From: Candidatus Bruticola sp.
GTDB lineage: Bacteria > Vulcanimicrobiota > Xenobia > Xenobiales > Xenobiaceae
Direction: 5' to 3'
DNA: 18,500 nt
Assembly (NCBI GenBank): GCA_051874735.1
Contig: JBJEGD010000039.1
Location: forward strand, 76,007-94,506
The translations under genes were made by a program, and so were the position numbers. Below are positions 1 through 8,398 of this stretch, piece after piece. The notes below the pieces were generated by a model that saw only the letters and a list, made by a program, of their open reading frames with translations, ran no database searches and was not told where the DNA came from. The stretch's first letter is position 1, and every line of letters starts with the position of its first letter.

Positions 1-264
1 CTTGAGCCTCGGCCTTGTCAGCGGAAGCAGATCCTTGAGCCTCGGCCTTGTCAGCAGGCGCAGACTCTTGAACCTCGGCTTTTTCAGCAGAAGCAGATCC
101 TTGAGCCTCGACCTTGTCAGCGGAAGCAGATCCTTGAGCCTCGGCCTTGTCAGCAGAAGCAGACTTTTGAGCTTCGGCCTTGTCAGCAGAAGCAGACTTT
201 TGAGCTTCGGCCTTGTCAGCAGAAGCAGATCCTTGAGCCTCGGCCTTGTCAGCGGAAGCAGACT
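1..264. repeat. 33-bp coding tandem repeat, at least 8 copies
   Basis: Units start at 1, 34, 67, 100, 133, 166, 199 and 232. Consensus cttgagcctcggccttgtcagcRgaagcaga(tc/ct). Copies are contiguous with no spacers. Confidence 0.97.
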
Positions 265-376
265 CCTTAGCTAGCGATACTGCAAGATTTTTATTTTTTT
301 TCTTTATTTCCAACACTAAAGGAGCGGCAGCCTCAGATTTAGACGATTTCGTTGCTTGTTTATTGCGCTTTGCCAT
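1..376 (-). CDS. Hypothetical protein, N-terminal part (continues off the left edge), with Ala/Ser/Lys-rich 11-aa tandem repeats
   Basis: ATG at 376-374 with AGGAGG SD at 392-387. The frame is open to position 1: MAKRNKQATKSSKSEAAAPLVLEIKKKNKNLAVSLAKE(SASADKAEAQG)n. Absent from the ORF track, presumably because it has no stop in the window. Confidence 0.85.
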   Translation of the reverse strand, partial: MAKRNKQATKSSKSEAAAPLVLEIKKKNKNLAVSLAKESASADKAEAQGSASADKAEAQKSASADKAEAQKSASADKAEAQGSASADKVEAQGSASAEKAEVQESAPADKAEAQGSASADKAEAQ

Positions 377-500
377 AATTAAGGGGCCTCCTGAGGCATA
401 AAAAAATTACTCTTTTTCAACCGCTTTTTTCTAGGAAAAAAAAGAAAACCTTGTTAAATAGTCTTTATAAAGCGTATTTTCAATCTATTCAAGCCTAAGC

Positions 501-1460
501 CTACTGGCCTGTTTGAGTCTTTAAATAACGTCCATCTCTGGATAAAGTTTCATGATCGAATAAAGGAATCGTATTTTTAAATTTTTTAGCTGCTAAACTC
601 GGGATATTGGCCCGACTGCTTACTAACCGACGCTCCTCCATTTCATCAAGCAGCGCTCCTGACGGACCGTACTTTTCCCAATCCGATTCATTTAGACAAC
701 GTAGGGCAGCTATTCTCTTTTCGATATCGTTGATGCCACGCTCTGCCAGCCGGTCATAGACTAATTCCTCCACCATAGGGGTACGGTTTTCAATAAAGGA
801 GGTAACTTGCTTACGATCGATTTGCGGATGTATTTCGAAACAAATATCCAAATGGTGCATCGTAATACCCCATAAGCAAGGAGGCTGCACTCCCATAGCT
901 ATTTTACGAAACCGCCAGCCAGGCCAAATGTTAAATTGTTTATAAATGTCACGCTCTTCTTCTTTTTCCATATGCCACTCTGCAAGAGGCACTCTATACA
1001 GTAAACCAAACTTACTGTAAATTTTTCTTCTACCCAAACAGGTTTCCGGCAGTCCTACCGCTGCGAAATCGCTACCCCTAGGAGTATAGCCCCAAAAAGT
1101 TACCGGTACCATATGTTCTAAACAATAGCAAATCATATGGACGTCCATAGCTAATGAACAGCCTAAGCACACAAAAAAATTACTGCGCCCAAACTGTTCA
1201 TAAGTTGATAAGCAGCCTTCCAAAACTAATTTTTTAAATTCTCTGCCTATCTTGGCATAATGGTGCGAAACCCGATCTTCACCAAGCAGACAGCGCAAAT
1301 CACGAACGTGCTTTTGCGACCAACCAGTGAAAATATGTCCGATACTATGCAGAGCTGTAAGCAAATGAACTTGCCCCGAGGCGTAATATCTGCCAAAAAT
1401 AAAAGCTAGCAAAGTAGAATCGAGGCCGCCAGAGTAGCCAACCGCAAAAGATTTATTCAT
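501..1460 (-). CDS. PP-loop (adenine nucleotide alpha-hydrolase superfamily) ATP pyrophosphatase, function unknown
   Basis: N-terminal AVGYSGGLDSTL PP-loop, central CLGC and distal QPPCL. The start is probably ATG 1460 (MNKSFAVG, preceded by CAGGAAGCA) rather than 1526. Confidence 0.8.
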   Translation of the reverse strand: MNKSFAVGYSGGLDSTLLAFIFGRYYASGQVHLLTALHSIGHIFTGWSQKHVRDLRCLLGEDRVSHHYAKIGREFKKLVLEGCLSTYEQFGRSNFFVCLGCSLAMDVHMICYCLEHMVPVTFWGYTPRGSDFAAVGLPETCLGRRKIYSKFGLLYRVPLAEWHMEKEEERDIYKQFNIWPGWRFRKIAMGVQPPCLWGITMHHLDICFEIHPQIDRKQVTSFIENRTPMVEELVYDRLAERGINDIEKRIAALRCLNESDWEKYGPSGALLDEMEERRLVSSRANIPSLAAKKFKNTIPLFDHETLSRDGRYLKTQTGQ

Positions 1461-1660
1461 TGCTTCCTGATTCAAAATATGTCTGCCGCACTTTCCAGAT
1501 CCATAATTATTATAGATTCCCAACAAGCTGAATAAAGCTCTCCAGCTCAGTCATTATCCGGCCTTCGCATTCAAGCAGCTCCTCACCTTTCCAATAAAGA
1601 TAAGCTTATTGATAAAGCGGTAAAAAGGCTAAAATAAATTGAGCTCGAACTAAGCCGACC

Positions 1661-2398
1661 ATGAGTAAAGCTAAAGTTTCATGGCAGCCGTCCAGCAAGC
1701 TGGAGATACGTTACACTAGCAACATCAAAGGAAATTTGGAAGCCCTTCCTTATTTGGCAACTATTATAAAACAGCAGCGCAATCAATTTCCGGATATGCT
1801 GCTTTTTGATACTGGTTCGTTTAGTGGTCCCAACTGCCCAGGCCCTAATGGCGGCGAGCCTCATGTAAAAGTATACAATCACTTGCAGTATACTGCCGTA
1901 GTACCCGGCCGAGCCGAGGCTATGGACACTAAAGCCTTGAAAAAGATGGCCAGATCGGCAAATTTCCCCTTCTTGGCTACCAACTGGAGAGGTATAGGCG
2001 AAGGTGATTATTTCACTAATAAATTGATTATTGAGCGTGGAGAAGAAAAAATAGTCGTCTTAGGCATGGCTTGCGCTGAGACTCCACAAGATACTGAGTC
2101 GATTCCAGCCTCTCAAGCTCTTAAAGAAGCGTTACAAGATTTTGATCCTGCAGATACAGTGGTAATTATTCTTTCCCAACTAGATGGGAATCAGAACTTT
2201 GCTTTGGCTCAACAAGGAAAGTTTACTAAAATAATTTTAGGCGGCGTTACTATTCCTGGCCTAGATCAAACTATGAATGTGGCTAATTCCATAGTTGCTC
2301 CCGCCTCCAACGGTCCGCAGAGTTTGGGCAGTCTTACAGTAAATCTGGGCGGCAATTTGAAAATTAATAAAGATACCGATGAAAGCTCCCAAAGTTAA
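1661..2398 (+). CDS. Degenerate calcineurin-like metallophosphoesterase domain (UshA/CpdB 5'-nucleotidase N-terminal type), probably catalytically inactive
   Basis: Colinear scaffold motifs IRYTSNIKG, LATIIKQQR, LLFDTGS, GEP..VYNHLQY, VPGRAE, ANFPFLATN, KIVVLGM, IILSQL, IILGGVTI and LGSLTV follow the UshA N-domain pattern. Confidence 0.75.
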   Translation: MSKAKVSWQPSSKLEIRYTSNIKGNLEALPYLATIIKQQRNQFPDMLLFDTGSFSGPNCPGPNGGEPHVKVYNHLQYTAVVPGRAEAMDTKALKKMARSANFPFLATNWRGIGEGDYFTNKLIIERGEEKIVVLGMACAETPQDTESIPASQALKEALQDFDPADTVVIILSQLDGNQNFALAQQGKFTKIILGGVTIPGLDQTMNVANSIVAPASNGPQSLGSLTVNLGGNLKINKDTDESSQS

Positions 2399-2464
2399 AT
2401 GTCCAAACACTAAAACAGACAATTAAACAGACGGCATCTTGTCCCGTAACTTTTTACAATAAAT

Positions 2465-2501
2465 AAAAACGCCATCCCGCCAAATGCGTGGAGGCGTTTT
2501 T
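2465..2501. terminator. Bidirectional intrinsic terminator between convergent genes
   Basis: aaaaacgcc (2465-2473) / ggcgttttt (2493-2501) stem, with extra inner pairing and A/T tracts on both sides. Confidence 0.75.
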
Positions 2502-2513
2502 GTTTTGTATTAG

Positions 2514-3500
2514 TTAATCTTCGTATCCGTGCGGATGTCTTCTCCGCCACTGCCAAGCGGAATCCACTATCTCCTCGATAGAATCGTACTTGGGTTTCCA
2601 ACCTAATTCGCGGCGAATTTTCTCTGAAGAAGCTATCAAAAAATCGGGATCGCCAGGACGTCGGCCTTCTTCTTTGACTTCAAAACTGCATTTAGTAACT
2701 TGACGGACAGCTTCAATCACTTGACGTACCGAAAAGCCCTGACCGCTGCCTACATTGTAAACTAATCCACCGCGCGATTCCAAAGCTTCCAAAGCTAAAA
2801 TGTGTGCCTGAGCTAAATCGAGGATATGAACATAATCGCGTACACAAGTACCATCAGGAGTAGCGTAATCGGTACCGAAAATAGATATATGAGGCCGCTG
2901 CCCCATAGCAGCCTGCAAAACTAACGGAATTAAATGACTCTCAGGGTGATGATCTTCCCCTCTCTCCGGGGTATTACCAGCCGCATTAAAATAGCGCAGT
3001 CTGGCACTTTTTATAGAGTGAATCTCTTCAAACCAACGCAGCATGCGTTCAACCATTAATTTCGATTCTCCGTACGCGTTAGTCGGCTGCAATTCCTGAT
3101 CTTCGGTAATAGGAACCTGCTTAGGTAAACCGTAAACAGCAGCGGTAGAAGAAAAAACCAAGCGCTTTACTCCAGCTGCCGTCATAGCTCGCAGTACAGA
3201 CAGAGCTCCCATAGTATTGTTAGCAAAAAATGCTCCGGGATGGCGCATAGATTCGCCTACTTCGATAAAAGCTGCAAAATGCATCACCGCATAAACTTCA
3301 TAGCTACGCATAATTTTGCTCAAACGATCAGTCTCCTCAATCGAGCACTCCTCTACGCAGCACTTTTTAGGAACAGCGGCTCTATGTCCATGACAAAAAT
3401 TATCGACTACTACAACACGACGACCAGTTTTTAAAATTTCATCACAAACAGTACTGCCGATATATCCGGCTCCGCCAGTTACCAAAACAGTTTCCGACAT
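2514..3500 (-). CDS. galE: UDP-glucose 4-epimerase
   Basis: VLVTGGAGYIGS, HFAAFIEVGES, FSSTAAVYG, YGESK (YxxxK), LRYFNAAG and DGTCVRDYVH motifs. GGAGG SD upstream. Confidence 0.96.
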   Translation of the reverse strand: MSETVLVTGGAGYIGSTVCDEILKTGRRVVVVDNFCHGHRAAVPKKCCVEECSIEETDRLSKIMRSYEVYAVMHFAAFIEVGESMRHPGAFFANNTMGALSVLRAMTAAGVKRLVFSSTAAVYGLPKQVPITEDQELQPTNAYGESKLMVERMLRWFEEIHSIKSARLRYFNAAGNTPERGEDHHPESHLIPLVLQAAMGQRPHISIFGTDYATPDGTCVRDYVHILDLAQAHILALEALESRGGLVYNVGSGQGFSVRQVIEAVRQVTKCSFEVKEEGRRPGDPDFLIASSEKIRRELGWKPKYDSIEEIVDSAWQWRRRHPHGYED

Positions 3501-3904
3501 AAAAACAACTAACCTCCCCGCCTATGTAAATAAGCGCGAAACTACTTCTGCATCGGCTTGGCCCACCAAACTCTCAGCCGCGCAGCTTTCGACACAGCAG
3601 ATAAATTTTCCAGCTTGAGAATATTATTTTTACCCTGTTTATCCTAGGCGGAAGAGACAAGTTATATTAAACTATACAAGGGTACTAGCCCATAGCAGGA
3701 CGCCCTCACCCCTGATATGGCAATGCTCGTCTAATTTTTGTAAAAAAGCTACAAACAGCATAAAACATTCCAATTTTTTGACTATAACTTTTAGTATGTT
3801 TTAGTTGCCTATCCTATTGAGAACACTGCTAACTGTTAGACGAGTTACAGAAGAACTAGTCAAGAGATATGTGAGAGCTTGACAGGATAATAAGTTATCA
3901 AACG

Positions 3905-6130
3905 GTGAAGTTAACACCTATGTTTAAGTGCAATTTTAACTATTTACTTTTAGCTTTAACTTTAAGTTCATCGCTGATATATTTAAATTATGCTCCCGCA
4001 GCAGCCCAGCCCTTATCCCCTTCCGCCCCCTCATCTGCTTGTATTGATAGTGGATCGTCCCAGGCTAATAATATCAAAGCTGTCCGAACAGATTTTAGCG
4101 AAACTATACACGGTGTAAAAGTAGCCGATCCGTACCGATGGATGGAAGATATAGACAGTCTTCAAACTCGCCGCTGGGTGGAGGCTCAACAAAAACATAC
4201 TGAAACTTACCTAAAAAATCTGCCTAACCGCCAAGCCATTAGAAACTGCTTAGACAAGCTGCAGAACTATCCCCGATTTAGTCTGCCCATCAATGAAGCG
4301 GGAAAATATTTTTACTATTACAACAGCGGTTTGCAAAATCAGAGCGTTCTTTATATGAGCGATTCCGCAGATCAGCTGGGAAGCCCAATTCTCGATCCTA
4401 ACACTTTCTCTCAAGAGGGAGTAGCAGCTCTGACTGATGCAGTCCCCAGTCCTAACGGACGCTATATCGCCTTTTCCGTAGCTGAATCGGGTTCAGATTG
4501 GAATACTATCAAAGTTCTAGATTTGCACAACGGTAAAATTACCACCGATCTGGTACAGTGGGTAAAGTTTTCCACTATTGTTTGGAACGGTGAAGGAACA
4601 GGCTTTTTCTACAGCCGCTATCCTGAACCAGCTCAGGATACGAATGCGCTAGCTGGAGAGAATAAATACCACTCACTTTATTATCACCAAGTAGGCCAAT
4701 CTCAAAATCAAGATCGCCTAATTTACAGCAATCCTGACAACCCCGATATTTCTGTTTACGGATACGGAAGCGAAGAACATAAGTGGCTTTGTATTGAAGT
4801 CTCCCATTCCCAAAACGACAATACAGCTATTTTGGCTAAAGATATGAGCGATCCTAACAGCCATTTTATTACCCTGCCTAATTCTTTCCAAGCCAAGTTT
4901 TCTATTGTCGATATACAAGATGGCACTCTCTACGCCTTTACTGATATGAAAGCTCCCAATGGACGCATAGTCAGTATAAAATTAACTAAAAACATTATTG
5001 ATAGCCCTTGGCAGGAAGTGGTATCTCCGACAAAAGAAGCTATTAGCAATGTGTCTTCCGTCGGCAACAGACTCTTTATCAACTATCTGCACGATGCGGC
5101 CAGCCGAGTATTTGAATACAATTTAAACGGTCAATTGATAAGAGAGGTCAAATTACCAGGTATAGGCACTGCCTCTAGTTTCAGCGGCAAGCACAAAAGT
5201 ACGACCGCCTATTATGCATACACCAGTTTTAATAGTCCGTCAGTTATTTACGCCTACGATTTAAACAGCGGAAAAAGTTCTGTCTGGCATAAACCTCAGC
5301 TCAGTTTTGAACCTAACGACTTCATAACTAAACAAGTTTTTGTAAACAGTAGCGACGGGGCTAAAGTACCTCTATTTATAACTCATCGCCGAGATCTAAA
5401 AATTGACGGCAATGTTCCAGTACTTTTATACGGATATGGCGGCTTTGCTATCAATATGACGCCCGGTTTTTCCGCTAGAACTATGGCCTGGATGCAGATG
5501 GGAGGCGTCTATGCCCAAGCTAGTCTGCGCGGAGGCAGCGAATACGGCGAAGCTTGGCATATAGCAGGCACAAAAACACAAAAACAGCATACATTCGACG
5601 ATTTTATAAACTGCGCTCAATGGCTCATAGACCATAAATATACTAATAGCCGCCGTTTAGCCATAAACGGAGGCAGTAACGGAGGACTTTTAGTGGGCGC
5701 TTGCCTTAACCAGCGTCCTGACCTTTTCGGAGCGGCCGTACCACAAGTTGGAGTTATGGACATGCTGCGCTTTGATAAGTTCACTATAGGTCGTTACTGG
5801 ACAGGAGATTATGGCGATGTAAACAAGCCTAAAGAATTTGAGGCCTTGTATCGCATTTCACCGTATCACAATATAAAACCAGGCGAATCGTATCCGGCAG
5901 TTTTAATCACTACCGGCGACCACGACGATCGAGTCTATCCGGCTCACAGTTTTAAATATGCAGCCGCTTTGCAGGAAGCGCAAGCCGGCAAAGCCCCTAT
6001 TCTTATTCGCATCGATTCTAAAGCCGGCCATGGAGCAGGCAAACCTATATCAAAACGTTTAGATGAAAGCGCCGACATTCTAGCCTTTATTGCCAAAGCT
6101 TTAAATATGGACAATATAGATATAAGGTAA
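3905..6130 (+). CDS. Prolyl oligopeptidase (S9A) with N-terminal signal peptide
   Basis: VADPYRWME N-terminus, beta-propeller region, GYGGF, GGSNGG (Ser), DHDDRV (Asp) and AGHG (His). Hydrophobic leader ending PAAA-Q. Alternative start ATG 3920. Confidence 0.95.
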   Translation: MKLTPMFKCNFNYLLLALTLSSSLIYLNYAPAAAQPLSPSAPSSACIDSGSSQANNIKAVRTDFSETIHGVKVADPYRWMEDIDSLQTRRWVEAQQKHTETYLKNLPNRQAIRNCLDKLQNYPRFSLPINEAGKYFYYYNSGLQNQSVLYMSDSADQLGSPILDPNTFSQEGVAALTDAVPSPNGRYIAFSVAESGSDWNTIKVLDLHNGKITTDLVQWVKFSTIVWNGEGTGFFYSRYPEPAQDTNALAGENKYHSLYYHQVGQSQNQDRLIYSNPDNPDISVYGYGSEEHKWLCIEVSHSQNDNTAILAKDMSDPNSHFITLPNSFQAKFSIVDIQDGTLYAFTDMKAPNGRIVSIKLTKNIIDSPWQEVVSPTKEAISNVSSVGNRLFINYLHDAASRVFEYNLNGQLIREVKLPGIGTASSFSGKHKSTTAYYAYTSFNSPSVIYAYDLNSGKSSVWHKPQLSFEPNDFITKQVFVNSSDGAKVPLFITHRRDLKIDGNVPVLLYGYGGFAINMTPGFSARTMAWMQMGGVYAQASLRGGSEYGEAWHIAGTKTQKQHTFDDFINCAQWLIDHKYTNSRRLAINGGSNGGLLVGACLNQRPDLFGAAVPQVGVMDMLRFDKFTIGRYWTGDYGDVNKPKEFEALYRISPYHNIKPGESYPAVLITTGDHDDRVYPAHSFKYAAALQEAQAGKAPILIRIDSKAGHGAGKPISKRLDESADILAFIAKALNMDNIDIR

Positions 6131-6164
6131 GCAGTCTGCTTTAACATAGCGGTATGGTGCACAG

Positions 6165-6198
6165 AGCGGTCGGCTACTAATCAGCCGCCGCTTTATTT
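6165..6198 (+). terminator. Intrinsic terminator-like hairpin after the prolyl oligopeptidase gene
   Basis: agcggtcggct (6165-6175) / agccgccgct (6183-6192) followed by ttattt. Confidence 0.55.
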
Positions 6199-6211
6199 GT
6201 CTACTTTAAAT

Positions 6212-6760
6212 ATGCAACGAATAAAAATAACAAAAATCACTTTAACAGCACTTTTTATAGCTGTAGGCCTAGTTTTGCCCTTCTTAACTGGCCAAATACC
6301 ACAAATAGGCGCCGCGCTTTCTCCGCTGCATTACCCAGTTTTTATGTGCGCCTTCCTTATTGGCAAGCGTGAGGGGGCAATTACTGGCTTAATTTTACCT
6401 ATTCTTCGTGCTTTAATCTTCGGTATGCCCCCTCTATATCCCATAGCTTTAGCTATGGCTGCTGAATTGAGCACTTATGGTCTTTTGGCCGGCATTTGTC
6501 TACCTCACAACTCATCTAACCGATTAGTATCTTTGTATAAAGCTTTACTGATATCTATGGTGGGAGGACGTATAGTTTGGGGACTGACTATGCTTGTACT
6601 GCTACATGTTATAGGGCAGCCTTTTACTTGGCAAACTTTTTTAAGTGGCGCCCTAACTTACGCTTTGCCAGGTATAATATTACAGCTGCTAATCATTCCC
6701 CCCACTGTTGCCGCTCTGGAAAAGCAAATTAATCATCAGCTCAACATTAATAAAGACTAA
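6212..6760 (+). CDS. ECF transporter substrate-binding (S) component, substrate unknown
   Basis: About 180-aa, very hydrophobic multi-pass protein. First helix TLTALFIAVGLVLP carries AxxxA; also LSPLHYPVF and LIFGMPP segments. ATG 6212 preferred to TTG 6197. Confidence 0.8.
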   Translation: MQRIKITKITLTALFIAVGLVLPFLTGQIPQIGAALSPLHYPVFMCAFLIGKREGAITGLILPILRALIFGMPPLYPIALAMAAELSTYGLLAGICLPHNSSNRLVSLYKALLISMVGGRIVWGLTMLVLLHVIGQPFTWQTFLSGALTYALPGIILQLLIIPPTVAALEKQINHQLNINKD

Positions 6761-6799
6761 AATATTTATCGTTTTAATCTTGTTGAAAATCTGCCCACG

Positions 6800-6854
6800 A
6801 AAAAATCCCCCTGTGAACGTAAATTGCCTACGTTCAAACAGTTGGGGATTTTTT
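6800..6854. terminator. Bidirectional intrinsic terminator
   Basis: aaaaaatcccc-ctgt-gaacgta / tacgttc-acag-ggggatttttt long bulged hairpin between convergent genes. Confidence 0.8.
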
Positions 6855-6885
6855 ACATAAACAATAATTTTCAGAGTCAGCTGTT

Positions 6886-8391
6886 TTAGCCCACTAGACT
6901 ACCGGTAAATCCCCACATATAAGACTCTTCTAAACGAACCTTAACAAACTGTCCAGTAATATCTCTGGGGCTGTCTACATGCACCAACCAATGCTGAGGA
7001 GAGCGTCCCGTATAGCGATCGGCATTTTTCTTACTGGGACCTTCAATCAGAAGTTCAGCCTCTTGACCTAATCTGGATTTATTGAGTTCTTCTGAAATCT
7101 CATTCTGTACTTCAATAAGCTTATGCAGACGATCCATGCGAATATTCTCTGGGACTCGATTGGCAAATTGACTGCCTGGAGTACCGGGACGCTCTGAGTA
7201 AGCGAACATAAAAGCTGAGTCAAACTTAGCTTGCCTTACTAACTCTAAAGTGTGTTGAAATTCCTCTTCAGTCTCATCAGCAAAGCCGACAATAATATCT
7301 GTAGTCAAGCACAAACCGGGAATAGCTCTGCGCATGCGACTAACCAGATCTAAAAATTCCTCTCCAGTGTAACGGCGATGCATGACTTCTAAAATACGAT
7401 CGTCGCCACTCTGCAAGGGCAGATGAACGTGAGGGCATACATTAGGATTAGCTGCCATGGCTTCAATAGCCGCCTGAGTAAAATAAGCGGGATGGGGCGA
7501 GGTAAAACGTAAGCGCAACTTGCCCACCTGCTCCGGACCTATAGCGCGCAAGAGCTGAGCGAAGCCTTCTTCAATATGAAGATCACGCCCGTAATCGTTA
7601 ACATTCTGCCCCAGGAGAGTTATTTCTTTGAAACCGGCTTGGGCTAAACGAGTTACTTCAGTAATGACATCATTTAAAGGACGACTCTGCAGAGGTCCTC
7701 GCACGTGAGGCACAATACAGTAAGTACACCACTGGTTACAGCCTACTGAAATAGGTGTCATGGCCATAAATTTACTGGCTGGATGAGCCTGCAAAGACAA
7801 ATGATTGCCTTTTTTTTCTACTTTAACTAATCCGGCACTGAGTTCCCTCTTAGCCTGGCGAAAAGCCCGTTGCTTCTGAGCAGACTGATTCGCTTGAGCC
7901 TTAATCGCAGCTAAAGATAGACGATTAGCTAAAACGGCATCGATATATTCAGGCAACCGCTTCACCTGATGGGTACCCAACACGAGATCGATATGCGGAA
8001 AGCGCTCAAGCAGAGACTGCTTATCCTTCTGAGCTAGGCATCCGGCAATGACCAGCATAAAGTTCGGATTGCGCTCTTTGATAGCTTTGAAATCGCCCAT
8101 GCGACCATAAACTTTCTGATCAGCATTATCACGAATGCAGCAAGTATTAAAGATTACAATATCGGCATCTCCCTCTTCAGAAGCCAAATGACAGCCACGC
8201 TCTTCTAAAAGGGCTCCAATAATTTCTGAATCGTATACATTCATTTGACATCCGTAAGTTTGGATGAAATAAGTTTTAGGCCAATACAGTAAACCTGCGG
8301 ATTCAGCACACTCTTCAGCTGAGTCTAATTCCTTAGAACATAAGTTCTGCTCGAAATTATCGCTGTTACAATTACAACATTTATGTTCCAT
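6886..8391 (-). CDS. miaB: tRNA-2-methylthio-N6-dimethylallyladenosine synthase (radical SAM methylthiotransferase)
   Basis: UPF0004 domain (TYGCQMN, NTCCIR, AGCLAQ), CNQWCTYC radical-SAM motif, LLGQNVN, LRFTSPHP, HLPLQSG and a C-terminal TRAM domain. The start is probably ATG 8391, 7 nt after the ctpA stop. Confidence 0.93.
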   Translation of the reverse strand: MEHKCCNCNSDNFEQNLCSKELDSAEECAESAGLLYWPKTYFIQTYGCQMNVYDSEIIGALLEERGCHLASEEGDADIVIFNTCCIRDNADQKVYGRMGDFKAIKERNPNFMLVIAGCLAQKDKQSLLERFPHIDLVLGTHQVKRLPEYIDAVLANRLSLAAIKAQANQSAQKQRAFRQAKRELSAGLVKVEKKGNHLSLQAHPASKFMAMTPISVGCNQWCTYCIVPHVRGPLQSRPLNDVITEVTRLAQAGFKEITLLGQNVNDYGRDLHIEEGFAQLLRAIGPEQVGKLRLRFTSPHPAYFTQAAIEAMAANPNVCPHVHLPLQSGDDRILEVMHRRYTGEEFLDLVSRMRRAIPGLCLTTDIIVGFADETEEEFQHTLELVRQAKFDSAFMFAYSERPGTPGSQFANRVPENIRMDRLHKLIEVQNEISEELNKSRLGQEAELLIEGPSKKNADRYTGRSPQHWLVHVDSPRDITGQFVKVRLEESYMWGFTGSLVG

Positions 8392-8398
8392 TTTTACC

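Noticed and set aside
1-264. 33-bp repeats as a CRISPR array
   Set aside because: No unique spacers, the unit is a multiple of 3 and in frame, and there are no cas genes.
2-274. Plus-strand ORF (SLGLVSGSR repeats) in the ORF track
   Set aside because: Antisense shadow of the repeat. The minus frame has an ATG, a strong SD and a plausible composition.
501-1460. queC or a QueC-based defence system (Qat, type IV CBASS, Dpd)
   Set aside because: Lacks the QueC C-terminal Zn motif, and no partner genes (queDE, TGT, TatD, CD-NTase) are in the window.
3520-3600. Stem in the galE leader (ctgc-cggct...agccg-gcag)
   Set aside because: A single modest stem with no promoter, terminator or known motif to support a function.
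6131-6211. preQ1-I riboswitch before the S component
   Set aside because: No A-rich 3' tail or loop consensus.
3905-8391. RiPP cluster (S9 peptidase plus radical SAM)
   Set aside because: The radical SAM is a canonical MiaB, the peptidase is exported and on the other strand, and no precursor is evident.
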